A stretch of DNA of 63,683 nucleotides, counting the filler, from Platydemus manokwari (lineage: Eukaryota), in the NCBI GenBank assembly GCA_037951405.1. It is 6 parts of 6 records of this genome, joined end to end, with 100 filler letters (N's around TTAATTAATTAA, not from the genome) between each part and the next. Parts side by side here need not be neighbours in the genome. Positions count along the whole stretch, not along the records: positions 10,122 to 20,714 come from JBBMOY011121552.1; positions 20,815 to 30,043 come from JBBMOY011280095.1; 4 more parts are not named here. One strand, given 5' to 3'. Numbering within the stretch: position 1 is the first letter of the stretch; each line of letters starts with the position of its first letter. A model generated the notes under the pieces. That model ran no database searches. It was not told where the DNA came from and worked only from the letters and a program-made list of their open reading frames with translations. This document shows positions 13,801-27,187 of this stretch, piece after piece. The translations under genes were made by a program, and so were the position numbers.

Positions 13801-14950
13801 TGGTTTGAAATACCATTTTCCGTTTATTGGGTCTGGCAATTTGATGGTCATTATTATTTCACTTCCTGTGATGGTTACTTTATTTCATCAATTTTATGAT
13901 ATTTTTCTAATCTTTTGTTTATTTCGTTGCACTATCCTTCCCGTGACTAATTCAAGTACATGTACTGTTAGTTGTTGCAATATATTCATGCCTATTATGG
14001 CACCAATACTTCTTCTTTTATGTCCACATCTTGTTGTGAATTTCTCGAGGAATATCATTTGTAATTTGAGCGCGTCTTGCTTTTTCCCTATAATATCGAT
14101 TTGGATGATTATGTGTTTCACAACAACAAGTATGATGATGGTGGTGTACCACCCATGTTTCGGTTTTTGTTTCCCCTGTTACTACCAATTGTTCATTCAA
14201 CTTTTTATGTCCTGCCTTCCATACTAAATGTTTTGCAAATACTGGACATATGCATACTAATATCTTCCAGTCTTTCCAAAATTCCTTTTTTAATTGTTTG
14301 TGTGATATTAGTTGAGAGCATAACATTTTGCAAAATACACATACATAGTATATTCCCAGAAAAAATGAGAAAATATTACATATGGCTTGAAATTGCCCCT
14401 ATATAATTTGTAACATGCTCATTGCTGCCTTTTTGAAATGATCTAGACTTAAAAGTGCTTCGTAATTATAACCCTGTCATCTCCACTTCCTGCTAAAATC
14501 TTTTGTACAATTACTGAGATCACCTTTTCTTTTTGGATTAGATATGATAAATGTTTTCTCGCTTTTTTAATATCTTTGGCTGAATATATCCCGTTATTTT
14601 CCATATTGTTTATCATCTTGAACTTTCCTTTTTAATTCTAGCTTTTTGGAGTTGCGACTATTTTTCGATCTGGGGTGGTTATCCATTGATCCTTTGATAT
14701 TTCACACATTGGTTATAGTGCATTTGAGCATGTATCCAATTCTTTTGGTTTATGTTTCCTGTCTGTTAATGTTCTAATGATTGACACCATATATACCAGT
14801 CGCCCTTGATGTATGACTGCCAATTCATTTGTATATTTTGTTACATGTGCCAGTTTTGTACTTACACATTTATACTTATTGATATTAATAATCATGTACT
14901 ATTTAATGTATTTTATTTCTTATTTCTTATTAATCAGTTGCATTATTACA
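10820..14950 (-). mobile_element. Degenerate Ty3/gypsy LTR retrotransposon internal region (gag-like, RT, RNase H, integrase)
   Basis: RT at ~13511-12950: GIIRPSASPY, RMCVDY, DVYPMP, YFNTLDLSKGYNQV, MPI*LKNVPATFQ, YIDN. RNase H at ~12650-12400: APILRYPDMTKPFIIMTD, ECLAIV, KTDHKPL. Integrase at ~11800-11450: MDIMGPLP, YILVFMDYFTKY, TDRGTNF, TTAYHPQTNG. The order RT-RH-IN is gypsy-type. Many stops and frameshifts; boundaries approximate. Confidence 0.92.
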
Positions 14951-15089
14951 ATATTGCGGAAGCAGCTAGTGATGTTAAATTTTTGCTTGCGGTAGAGTGG
15001 TTACAGTTAGCTATGCAATAGTGTACCAAAGTAGTGGCAAAGCTTGCCAAGGATTTCAACAACATTTCGATCGTGCACCACCAGCTAGG

Positions 15090-15530
15090 ACTTTCCTCAG
15101 TATTATCAGATAAGTCAAGAATCCTTCTTTGAATTTTATTGTTTGAAATAGGTATTCTGCTAATTTCTTGTTCACCTTGTCGCTAAGCATAATTTTCACC
15201 ATTCTTTTGCATGTTGGAAGGATTTCTGATTCTACAAGAACATGAGACTTCAATTTAAGAGTAATAATTTTTGCCACCTCATATCAAAGCAATTGATTTT
15301 TTGTCGGACACAATTATTGTTTTCTTAAATAGTTGACTTTGTCTTGCATTTGATTCTAACAACCGTTAGAAATAATAGACATTTTTAGTTCGAAGATTAA
15401 GATGATTTGTGGTAAGATGCCTTTTCATCTTAACTGAAATAATTGTTTCATTAGGGATCGTTTGGCAACGCATAAGACACAGCGGAGAAGAAATATGTGT
15501 ATCTCCAGTCCAGTGAAACCAAAACTGGAA
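15090..15530 (-). mobile_element. hAT (Buster/Charlie, ZBED5/SCAND3-like) transposase N-terminal fragment
   Basis: PLCLMRCQTIPNETIISVKMKRHLTTNH (BED-finger-like) followed by VAKIITLKLKSHVLVESEILPTCKRMVKIML matches the Buster-type pattern KLKRHL..H / VA..IAK..KPHTIGE.LILP..K.MV..ML. Frameshifted. Confidence 0.75.
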
Positions 15531-17722
15531 ACTTATCCACAGGTTGGGATCAGTAAAACCCTCTGATGAAATCATGAAGGAAAAGGTGGTAAAGTTTGTG
15601 AAAGAGAATGATGGCACAAATGAAAGATAAACTGTACGAGTGTGTATGACTTCACAAACTTCTGTTCACAAATATCTCAAGAAAGAAAAAATAAAACCTA
15701 TCAAATATTCTTTTATTTTAGTTTGAGAGATGCAGACTTATAAATCGCGTGTTATATACGTGTGTATATTAATATATGGACATTATTATTATATAAAAAT
15801 CTTAGATTGTTATGGTATATGATTATAGATTTTAATATGTTTTACCATTTCACAAATAAATAGTTTCGTAATACTTTTCTTCTAGATTCACATTCAAATT
15901 AGCTCCAATTTCTTTATTAATTAACTTTACATTTACTTTAGATTTACTTTTATTTTTCGTTATTTTTATTATTGTCATTTTTCTTATAAATTTCAATATA
16001 TCATTTTTATTCATAACATTTATGTTGCAATTATTGTATATCTGTTAACAAATTTGTTAATTTCTGTTCATCATAATTGTTTATTGTTTATTACGCAATT
16101 ACATTTATATAAGAGAAATCATTATTGTTATCCTTAAAAATGAATATTGCTATTGTCTTTTATAATTCATTAGACTACGAAAAATAAAAATATACTTCCA
16201 TTATTTCAATATAATATACATTCAATTTAAGGAAGATATAAAAAATGATAAAGATATTGTCAAATCAAATATTTTCACATCAAGCACAGTCAAATCAAAT
16301 ATCGTTGTATCATTTATGTCGGAATCGTCCAAGTTAACTCTTCTTTGTTAACTCTTTGTTTATGTCTTCATATCCTGAAACTAATTTTCTCACTGATATC
16401 GCTACAAATGTCTAGATATTTATTATCTTGATGATCCAGTGGCATCTTTTTCCCTATTCCTTCACCTTTTTAATATTAAACGAAGTCTACTAGTGATGTA
16501 TGCTAAAGCTAGAAAGTTTAAGTTATATAAATCATATGTTTTTATCTTTATCAAAAATTTATGTATATCGTTTTATTGATCAAGCACTATTTTTGTCTCA
16601 AATTAGTATTAATAAACGTGTTCTCAATTTCAAATAAGACAAAACTCGATAAGGTTGTTCTAATAACTGTGATTAAAAGATAACAATTTCCATATTTCAT
16701 TGCAGTCAGTGTCTTTTTGGTTTAATAATCCGGTATTGTTTCTATCTTTGCTATCCTCTGAACAAAGTATAAAAATTAAAAATTTTTTGTACTGCATTTC
16801 TACATCAAATTTTTTTAATAATAACAAGCAAGTATAAATTTAGAAATTAATCTATAAAAGATTTCTAGAAACAGGAGCTTACTAAAAAACTTTCATACAG
16901 AACAAGTGACACACAAACTAGTATAAAAGTCAATAGCAATAGTCGAGTAGTGCTCAGAAATGTTTAGAACGACCGAACTAATCAATTACGCACAATTTCA
17001 TGAAAACTGAATTAGTTATACATCGTAATTTATTCTTTATAGTTGAAACATTTGAGAAACATTTTTAAAACTCCATATTTTTAGAGTTTCCTCAATTTAG
17101 CTTGTATTTTAATTGGTAAGTGAAATTTTTTAGCTATGATACTAAAAAATGTTCATGTTTTCAATATGTAATCAAAAGAATTGAATACAGTCACTATAAT
17201 AAATCCAATTATTAACCTCGGAAGGCAACCAATTACCAGAAATGCAATATATACTGCTACTATGAGAAAGAGGTATTATTAGATTATAATACAACAAATC
17301 AAAACCAAGGAAATTCAAAAAATAAAATCATATATTTATATGACATTTACTATAACTGTAGGAAAATTTAATTCAGCATTGATAACATATATAGATTGAG
17401 AAACAAACACGACTTTCAAATTATTTTATTGGATAAAGATTTGTTTAAATGAAATAAATGTAGATAAAAGTTGTTTGTATCTGTTCACTATTATTTTAGT
17501 TACACCGCAACATGGATCATGTTTTCGTTGAATTACTGATATATAAAGAAAATATTTTTCAAAATCTATTTGCGATATTTATCAATTTAGATTTATTTCA
17601 TTTATACATAAAGTTAAAATCATTATAAAATATGTAAATTTCTTATTAGTAATTTTATTAACCAATAAAATTTGCGCTGGCATAAAATCAATATAATCTA
17701 TTGCTTGAGTATCCAGAATTCG

Positions 17723-20700
17723 ATGATAAGATATTTGTTTTTATTGATAATCTATACGCAGTTAAGCATTAGGACTGGAAATCCTATAGATAATATTTTT
17801 GTTTTCACTCGTAATCCATCCGAAGATTTAACTGTAAATCTATTCTTGAAAGAGAAGTTGAAATTAAGTGGAAAAATTCATTTCTTTTATGAAGACAGTA
17901 TTGGAATGATTTATGATGTACATCTAAATAAGGAGAATAGTTCTTTATTTTTACTTATTCATCTGTCACCGGTTTTCGAGAAATTATTACTATCATTAAT
18001 AGATGGAAATTCATTAATCATATCTTATTCGACAAATGCATTTACCAGCCTGCCTCAAGTAACTTTTATTTTAAAATTAAAAATATTCTTAAATGTTTAT
18101 TGCAAAATATCGTAAATATCTTCAGTTTAGTAAATTATAGATGATGAATTTTAAAATATAAATTTTTTCACTAGAAGTTCATTTTTGCTTAAAAGCTATT
18201 CAAGATTAAAATATTTTTATGTTACCAATATGATAATAAACGTTGTAAAGGGATAAAAATTTAACGCTATTAGTCTAATAATTTACTGAAAATATGTTCA
18301 TAAAAATATGAAATATATTGAATGGTATTGGATGTGTGATATTTGCATTCTAAATTATTAATAATTATCATTTATCAAATCATTTTCTCAAAACATGTTT
18401 TCCTATAGCAAATATCCACTTCTTTTCAATTTTTCTATATTGGCCATACATCTTTGATCGTTTTTGCTGATTATATTCTAAAAGCTTTTCAAACATTTCA
18501 AACAATATCTTCGCGAACTGTAATTATGAAAGAAATTGGTTAATAATTAGTAATACCGAATAATAAGAAATAATCAATAAAAATTTAAAATGAAATATTA
18601 ATATAAAGTGATAAATTTATAAAAAATTGTTGCATTAAACCTGTTTTGATATTTATTAAAATACTTAATATTTTTAACAATTTGGCCGACTTTATTTTTG
18701 ATAATTACCGAATTTAGACTAAAGTTCCATTATTTCATTTGAATCCTGGAAACAAGTTTTATGCTAAATCGTTTCTTTTGCTACTAAAGAACAATAATTT
18801 AAACTTTGAAAACGGAATTAGCATTTTAATGGAATCTAACCTGCGATCCTCGTATGAACTTGAAAATATATTCAAAGATTTATCTATGGAATACTCCAAT
18901 TTGAATGATACATATAAGAAATTGAATATATTATGGATTCAATCGAATTGGACTAAATTTCAGATTGCTGTAAAAATGTCTGTTATTTCTCATTTGCCTA
19001 CAAAATTATTACTCATACATTGTAAAAATTATCTTGTACAACAAATTTTCAATATTAACGACGAATATTCGTTGATCAGTAGAGAAACGATTGTAATTCT
19101 ATCTGATCTTACTTTATCTAATAAAATTCATATAGCAAATTATACCTTAAGTTTTATGAATATTTTATATGTTGAACGATGGTATAAATCGACTAGTATG
19201 GAAGTTTTAATCACCTATTGTGATGTTATAATAAAAATTATACAAGCTTACATCTTTCGATCTTCGACAAGTAGTAAACATTCCCGTAAAAGGTAAACAA
19301 ATAATGCTTTATTAACTTTATCTTTACTAAATATTTTAGGATGATTTATAACGACCTTAAAAATGAATTTAATTCTAATGGAGAATATGAATATAATAAT
19401 GCAAGTCTCTATAAATTATATAAACAAGGATCTTTTAAGAAATGGGATGAATGTTATCAGTTTGATGGGAAACAAATGATAGAAAAAGGTCTATTGTGTC
19501 AAAATAATTTCTTTTTAAATAGCTATAACTTCAAAAAGGTTCTTGTTGCTGTAGTACCTACAGAGCCTTTTATTAAAATCGACGTAGCATCTGAAACATA
19601 TATAAATATTGAATCTAATACACCTGATTGTGGGCACAATGCTGTTTGTTATATTTTACCTGGTGAGATAAGTGAAAATTTTGATATTTACAATCACATA
19701 AATCAATTGAAAAGTGATGTAAGATCACCGAAATTCAATCAATACATTCGTTGTTGTTACGGATTTTCGATAACAATTTTGCAGAAACTTGCAATGGATT
19801 TAAAGTACGATTTAACTTATTATATTATGGAAAACATTTCGTATGGAAATTTGATCAATAATAAGTGGGATGGAATAGTGAAGCATTTAACAGACGGCAT
19901 TGCTCATATAGGAGCTGGTGCATTTAGTATTACAATGGAAAGAGAAAAGGTTATAGATATGTCAGATCCATTTTATACAAGTGATATTGAGATATTAAGC
20001 ACAATAAAAGATCGAGACAGTTTACTAGGTGCAGTTTATAAACCATTTACACTGGAGTTATGGCTATTTATATGTATAGTAGCTACAGTATGTGCAGTTA
20101 CGATGGGAATTTTCGAATGGAATAGCCCTTTTGGATTAAGTCCATGGGGACGCAAACGTCATAAAAATTACACATTAGCTTCTGCTTTAAATGCAGTTTA
20201 TGCAGTGATGTTTGGTCATACAATAAAGACTAAAGCACCGAAATCTTGGCCTGTTAAATGGCTACAAAACTGTTGGGCAATCGCTTGTATTGTGATATTT
20301 GCAACGTACACCGCAAATTTAACTGTTTTTATTGCTGGAGTGGCACATCTGTCAAACGTAAATAGTGAATTAAAAGTATGCATTGATATTTTATGTATAA
20401 TATAATATGTATATTATTCTAGATAGGTAATCGAGAAATTGGAATTATTAAAGATTCCAATATTGTACAAACTCTTATCGATATGGACGATAAAAGATAT
20501 CCAGTTATTAAATGGAATATCCGTTACTTGGAAAATTCAAAAGACGCTGAAGAGTTATTTTTGTAAATATTTTAATTGGATGTTAAAAATATTAGCATTT
20601 TGAATATTCAATAAAAAAATTTTCCTTATATAGTTAAGAGAATAATTTCTCGTATTTATTGATTTGATCTAGTTGCGAAGTTACAATATGAATGGTTCAC

Positions 20701-21344
20701 GTTAATAATGTTGCNNNNNNNNNNNNNNNNNNNNNNNNNNNNNNNNNNNNNNNNNNNNTTAATTAATTAANNNNNNNNNNNNNNNNNNNNNNNNNNNNNN
20801 NNNNNNNNNNNNNNGTTCTAACTGAAAAGACATTAAAGTTGAAGCATTTTGGTTGCTAGTAGAAAAGGAATATCCTGCAATGGCCTAGAAAGTGCTACAA
20901 CTCTTGTGCAATTTTCACCCTCATATTTGTGTGAATATAGATTTTCAGCTTTGACAACCATCAAACACAAGAAACGAACACAATTGCTGTCTATGGAAGA
21001 TGAACTTCGTGTGTCTGTCAAAACACGACCGAATCTTAAAGAGTTATGCAAGAAACACCAGGCTCAAATTTCCCACTGAGTTTTTGATAAGACTAAATTT
21101 AGTCAATTCAAACATGTACAATACTCTCAACATAAATATTTTTATTTAATTTTAAAAATAAATACTATTGTACAGGGGTTCCTCGAGCCAAAGGAATGTT
21201 TCCGTGGGTTCCTCTCGAGCAAAAAGGTTGAAAACCACTATATATAGAGAGATATCATTTTGATAATACATATTTTAATAGTACGGAGATGCTTCATATT
21301 TCTTTTTAAATGAGCCAGTTATAAATTATTTAAAGAGAAATTAA
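17723..21344 (+). CDS. Ionotropic glutamate receptor, NMDA family, GluN3/NR3-like subunit; 3' part (end of S2, M4) missing, possibly truncated or a pseudogene
   Basis: Exons: 17723-18058 (signal peptide MIRYLFLLIIYTQLSIRTG), possible 18409-18519, 18718-19292, 19340-20375, 20423-20562, and a remnant 21282-21344. 47-nt GT-AG introns at 19293-19339 and 20376-20422. S1 CCYGFSI..WDGIV..AFSITMEREKVIDMSDPF. M1-M3 FEWNSPFGLSPWGR..ALNAVYAVMFGHTIKTKAPKSWPVKWLQNCWAIACIVIFATYTANL closely follows the recalled GluN3A pattern YEWKSPFG.TPKGR..ALN.CYALLFGRT..KPPKCW..FLMNLWAIFC..STYTANL. Confidence 0.85.
20815..21240 (+). mobile_element. hAT (Buster-type) element 3' end inside an intron of the GluN3-like gene
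   Basis: Dimerisation-domain tail FSPSYLCEYRFSALTTIKHKKRTQL..EDELRV..HQAQISH*, then terminal repeat GGTTGAAAACCACTA (cf. hAT TIR CAGTGGTT.TCAACC). The 5' part is lost in the scaffold gap. Confidence 0.85.
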
Positions 21345-22120
21345 AGAGTCAGTAGACTGGCAAAATAATTGTTATCGTCATCTTTTTTGTTGTACGTGGA
21401 AGTAGTACGAAATAAAAAATTGGACAAAACTCGCCAGTTATTTGGTTCATGATTTCCCACCAATTATCTCCAAATAGATATTGCAAGAAAAAATCGGCGA
21501 ATTCAATGGAATCACTATATAGAAATGTTACAGGAACTCCTAATTCCATTCGTGTTCACAAATGGCTACACTGAATAAGCTAAAATTAGAAAAAACAAAT
21601 CCCGTTCTCATAGAAAATTTATCGACGACTACTCATCACAAAACGATTTATCATGACTGAAATATTTTTATCAATATGTTTAATGTAACGATGCGTGAAA
21701 CCGGTTGCGATGAAATCAATAATTTTACAGTAAATCAAACTCGATTATTCAAAAGTTTTTATTCAATACTAACCTCAATCAGGGCTATGCCAAGAATGAC
21801 ACCAGCGGAAATCATCCATTTGCTGGAAATAAATTCACTCCATGAATCATTACAACCCTAATAGAAAAATAATAAGATCGATCAGAAAAAATTCGATCAA
21901 CTTACTCGTTTGTGTATATTATCCTTTACCTCACATTGGCCATCGACACAGCAAGACTTTGGAATTTTATCATTATAATCCTTTGGACCATTATAACCGC
22001 AACATGAGAACTGTGGATATGATTAGAATATCAAATGCGGAAAATTATCACACTGTATATCTTAAGTATCAAAAAATTTCAGTTCACTATTAATGAAAAA
22101 ATGAAATAATATAATAAGTA

Positions 22121-22155
<35 letters not shown>

Positions 22156-25100
22156 TTATAATATAATCACCAATATAACTAATGAAAGCTTTATGGGAAA
22201 TAATTCTTACAAAGTTAGAAAGGTCATTTTATTATGAGAAATATAACTATCAATAATAATAATAATAATTAAGATTTTATAATAATTTTAACGATTATAA
22301 TAAATGTTAATATTGTATTAAATAATAAAATCTCTATATAAATTAAAAAAAAATCATATTTGTATTGAAATTTACAGCGAATTATTAGTAATACTCATTA
22401 ACCATATAAAAGATCAAAGCAGAATAAAATGATAAACAAATACATCGAGTGGCTAGTAAATAATTAATTAAAAACAAACAAAAACAATTTATTGGAGTAT
22501 ATATTCGGGAACGATAATATCCCACACGTTTGGCCGATCACACATGAACTGCAGCTTACCAAAGATCCCAAATATAAAATGGAACAACACATACTGTGCA
22601 TTCTTGATGAAAAAACTGACAATATAAACGTTTTACAAATGGGTTTTATCACAGGAGAACCTGGTTGTTGATTCTTCCACTTTTTTACATTATATATGTG
22701 CAAAATCATTCTTGTTTTTGAAAAATTTTTAAAAGATTTTTCGATTTTTTTCATTCGATTAACATCATCTATAAACAGGAAATCGAAATATTTAATCAAC
22801 GGATCCAATGGAAACCGTATACTCAATCTATTCTATTTTCTTCGTTACCACAAGGAGGAATTTATAACCTAATAAAAAAATAATCAAGGGTCATTTGTAA
22901 ATGTTTTAGCACATATTGGTGTCGTTTCCATGAATAGATTCTATTTTATAATTCCCACATTTACATCATACATGGTGCCACACAAGATTAGCAACAGTCT
23001 TGCTATACTGTTATTTGATTCGTATCAAGTTCAGAAATATTTTTTTCCGCCGCAATTCAATCAATAAGAAGAAGCTTTCTAGAAGACATTTCAAATATCG
23101 GTATTTTGCAATGTTTATTATTGGCAGTTTTATTGAAGCTCGCTTTAGTTTCATGAAAATTGACCTTTAAAATTACATTTGCATGAAGCCAATTATATCT
23201 TTTTGGAGCCTTACACGCATACATTTGTTTACTTGCTATATAGTGAGATAAAAGACTCGCAATTCAAATCTTCTTATTCGTAAGGGATATATTCTTTGTT
23301 GTGATGGTTTCACTTATTATATCACCTATAATCTCAAACTAACATGCTCTTCATACTATTACGAGATGAAAATCGAACTGTGCCAAATAATTTGATGTCT
23401 TGTGTCAGTATTAATAATAAAACTTTCTCTCCGTGACTCAGAAAGCCATTTTACTGATAAAGTTAAATGGCTGTAATAAAAAAAATTCAGAATACCAAAG
23501 AAACAGTAAAAATATTTCGACAATCAAGAATAAATAAAAAAAATCGATTTTTTCCACAAAAGCAAATGTACCCTAGATAATACTAAATAAAACCAACAAT
23601 CACATAAAATTTTCATAGAGGAACAATGGAAAAAAAATTGCAACAAAGACAGAATGAAATTTACATCATAACTTATACAACAATTTTACAAAAACAATAA
23701 CAGGGTTACAAGAAAATCGATTTATAGACATTAATTCCCATTATCTTTTCAATAAGTAGTTTTTATTTCTCTAAAAGTCGGGCAAGAGACAACAAAGTAA
23801 TTATCAAAGTGCATCATTACAAGCGAGCGATATTTTGACACGAAACCTTCCTCAATAGTCAGAATCTATAACTACAAAATTCAATAATGAGTATAACGAT
23901 TATAACCATCAATTACAATAAATCGATTTGGAAAAATATTTTGTTATTTCGACTGATGTGCGGAAGGTGTCGATAAGTAGCAGTTCTTATTTCATTCAAT
24001 CAAAAAAATACTCATAAGTATCTGAAATATTCTTCTTTTCAAGTCTTTAATTAGCTCTTGATCGTTAATAGAACCTACCCAATGCATTATCGTTTTACAA
24101 CGAAATTAAATCGTGATATTACATTTTCGTTTAGTAAATAACTCAAAGACCTAATTCAAAACCATCTATAGATATTTTTCAATATCGGATATTGATTATC
24201 AATAATTTTATTTAAATTAGAAGTGATTATGAATTATTCCAACAATGGAAGTAATAATCTGATAAAACAAACAAATGAGAAGTGGCATGCCTTCATTGTG
24301 CTCAGATCTATGTGCTCGAATATAAAATATAATCCAATATAATTAAATTTAATTCCAAAAATTCAAAATTGGCACTGGCCAGCTTTTCATTGAATAAATC
24401 AGATATTGACAGTTTCAATGAAAATTAAAATTTAAAATTTTTAATCACTAAATAGAAAATTAAAACCGAATAAAATATTACATAAAATAATTCTATTTTT
24501 GTTAGAAAGCATTGCACGAGATAAAAAAAAATTAAAATTCTACTCACTCCTACGCTTTAGTTGATAATATGCTCTACACACGCTTTTCTATAAAGGCATT
24601 CATTCCCATTAAAAAAGCTATTCCAGTTAATGCTTTAAATGTCAAACTATAACTTACCGGTTCAATAAATAAGTTCAACTGGGCTGAAAAATTTGATAGA
24701 TTAAGAAAATTTGAATAATAAAGAAGATTTTATGAGAATCTTTCGAATAAACATTTAATGAAAATCTCCTTTCTCTTTTGATTTAAAGATAAATAACGGG
24801 ATCGAATTCGGTAATCGATAAGTGAATATTCTGAAACTTTTTCTAATTTTGAAACAATATATTTTAATAAAATATAAAACATCTTTAAAATTATTTCCCT
24901 GGATTAATTCCATCAAAATCTTACTCTTACAAATATATATTCCTTATTCATTTAATTTAAAAATAAAAATTTTATGATCTCAAATATCTTAAATATTGAT
25001 TTAAATATTAAATCAACAATTTTAACTATCGATTTTTCAATAATATTTGATATATTCACAAAATAATCGATAATCAATACATATTATCAATCAACAATTA

Positions 25101-26551
25101 ATAGCAAGTCTGAGTTTTGAAAAAGAAAATATAATTTCATTAAAATGATTTAAATTATTATAGTATCGGGATGGAGAGTTCATAATGGCTCAAATTATTC
25201 CATAATTTATGTAAATAGTCGAACATTATTTTACATTATAAATTTATTCATGAAATAAGAGAAGAGATTTACACTACAATTCTGTCGTTTTAAATCGAAC
25301 AATTGAAGATTGTAACTCCGAGTCAAAGACCAAGAATGGAAATCAATATCTGTCATTCAATTATACTTTTACACTTTTCCAATGAAAAAATCGATTCATT
25401 GATTTAAAATTAATAATAAAAATTTATTTACAAAATATGTTATTTATTTGACACGAATTGGAATAAAAATCCGAATAATTATATGAACGACAGAGGAGAA
25501 TACAGACGAATATATATCTTAAGTATTAGAATCAAGAGCATGAACTAGATTTATCGAATATTCATAATCATTGTATTGAGAATCGCAACTCTATAATCCC
25601 TACGGATTATGGATATCTGGATTTGGATTAGGAATAGATTACCACATGAAAGAAGATTTCGTGTTTTGTATAATTTTCAAAATCGAACCTATCAAAATTT
25701 GGTCAGTGGTGATTGCTTTCTGAGTACCTTTGCAGCAATTTTATTCCGTAAGCAATGAGCCTAAAATAGTCTGTTTTTTAGAACTTCAGAAAATGTTGAA
25801 ATTATCAGCAACAAATCTTAAATCGATACCGCACCAGATATCATATTAAAGATTTCTATCAACAATTTCATAATCCTATTTTCTCACAACATCAGAGAAT
25901 TTTGAGAAACGTAAAGAAAATTCGACTGCCACTGAAATGTGCTTCTATAAATAAATCTATAAACAGTGAGATAAAATCGATACTTTTATTGCTTTATGTT
26001 GTCTTTGATGGAAAAATGGTAGTTTTTTTTAATCACAATCAGGTAATGAAATTTACAAAATAGATTTTCTTTAATATAAATTTTCAGCTACTTTTATTGG
26101 GCGCACAGAATTATTTGTGTTACCGTGGTGACTGTTTATGAGGTGATTTCAATGTTTAGATAAGATAAATATGATCGGACAGAGCATTGATGTGTTTATT
26201 AAAAAAAAACGACAATTAATGAAGAAAGCGTAGAATGTATTGCTGGTATTTACAAACGAAAATTATTTCAAGAGATTGGAGATTTCGGACATCAATTTTA
26301 TTTCCGTTTTAAATTTCAATGTGATGAGTAACTTATGAAGCTAGTGATAATCAAATAAAATGCAGTTGATACTGTGATGTTTAACCGGAAATGTGCTGTT
26401 AATCGATATTTTGTCAATTCTTTAAAAATAAATACAATATAAATAGATAATCTTCACATCAATTCAATAAATATTCCTCACTTCGTTCTCATGATGTGAC
26501 GTTTTTAACATTCCAAAGATTCTGCAATTGACGAACTTTTTAATCTAAGGT

Positions 26552-27187
26552 TTGATTTGCCTACGAAGTTCCCACAGTCATTCGAGATTTTTTAAAGTTT
26601 CTTTTTTAATTTTAAATTAGTAACTAATCAATCAATTATCTATTCTTCCTTGTCGTTTACAACTTCCTCACAACGTTTAGCAAAATTGGCAATACCCAAC
26701 CTCTCAATCCTGAATTAGTAAATAATTGAAACTCGGCGCATGACATTTTAAACCTATTGAAACAAATGAAAATCGGTAGGTGCAATAGAGTTCCGCATTG
26801 ACAGTTTGGTTCCGTTCAAGCACTTAGCAATGGAAAATCCCTTCTCAGTTCTACTGTATGCGGCACATAGTTTTACGCGTATGAATATCTTGTTTCATGT
26901 GTTGTGTTACTTGTTTACCGAAGATGAGCCATTCATTGATTTTCTTCACATTGATTTACAGGCATAATTTCTCGTTGTCAGTAACGATGTCGAAAATATT
27001 TATTTAATTCATTCTAACATTCCACATTTAATGATCTGGAAATTAACTCGAATACAAAGATCAATACATAGATTCCTGTAGAACAAATCATCCTCTTCCA
27101 AATGGTTTGAAACATTATGTCGAAAACATGTCCTGAGAAACATTATGTTAAAATTAAAAAACGGCGTGAACTTTGTTGCCGACCTAA
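26552..27187 (-). mobile_element. Degenerate, internally deleted mariner element
   Basis: Minus-strand TIR TA|TTAGGTCGGCAACAAAGTTCACGCCGT at 27187, with a degenerate partner at 26552. Translated remnants DIVTDNEK (IVTGDEKW), IAPTDFHLF (LAPSDYHLF) and GIANFAKRCEEVVND (GI..L..RW.KVV). Confidence 0.75.

Noticed and set aside
11006-14406. Many hydrophobic plus-strand ORFs (e.g. 11300-11650, 13700-14227)
   Set aside because: Antisense shadows of the A-rich gypsy pol/gag on the minus strand.
17490-17515. Minus-strand CCGV as the missing tetraspanin exon
   Set aside because: No adjacent AG acceptor and no further loop cysteines; likely chance.
26630-26712. Apparent terminal exon IERLGIANFAKRCEEVVNDKEE*
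   Set aside because: It is the C-terminus of the decayed mariner transposase.
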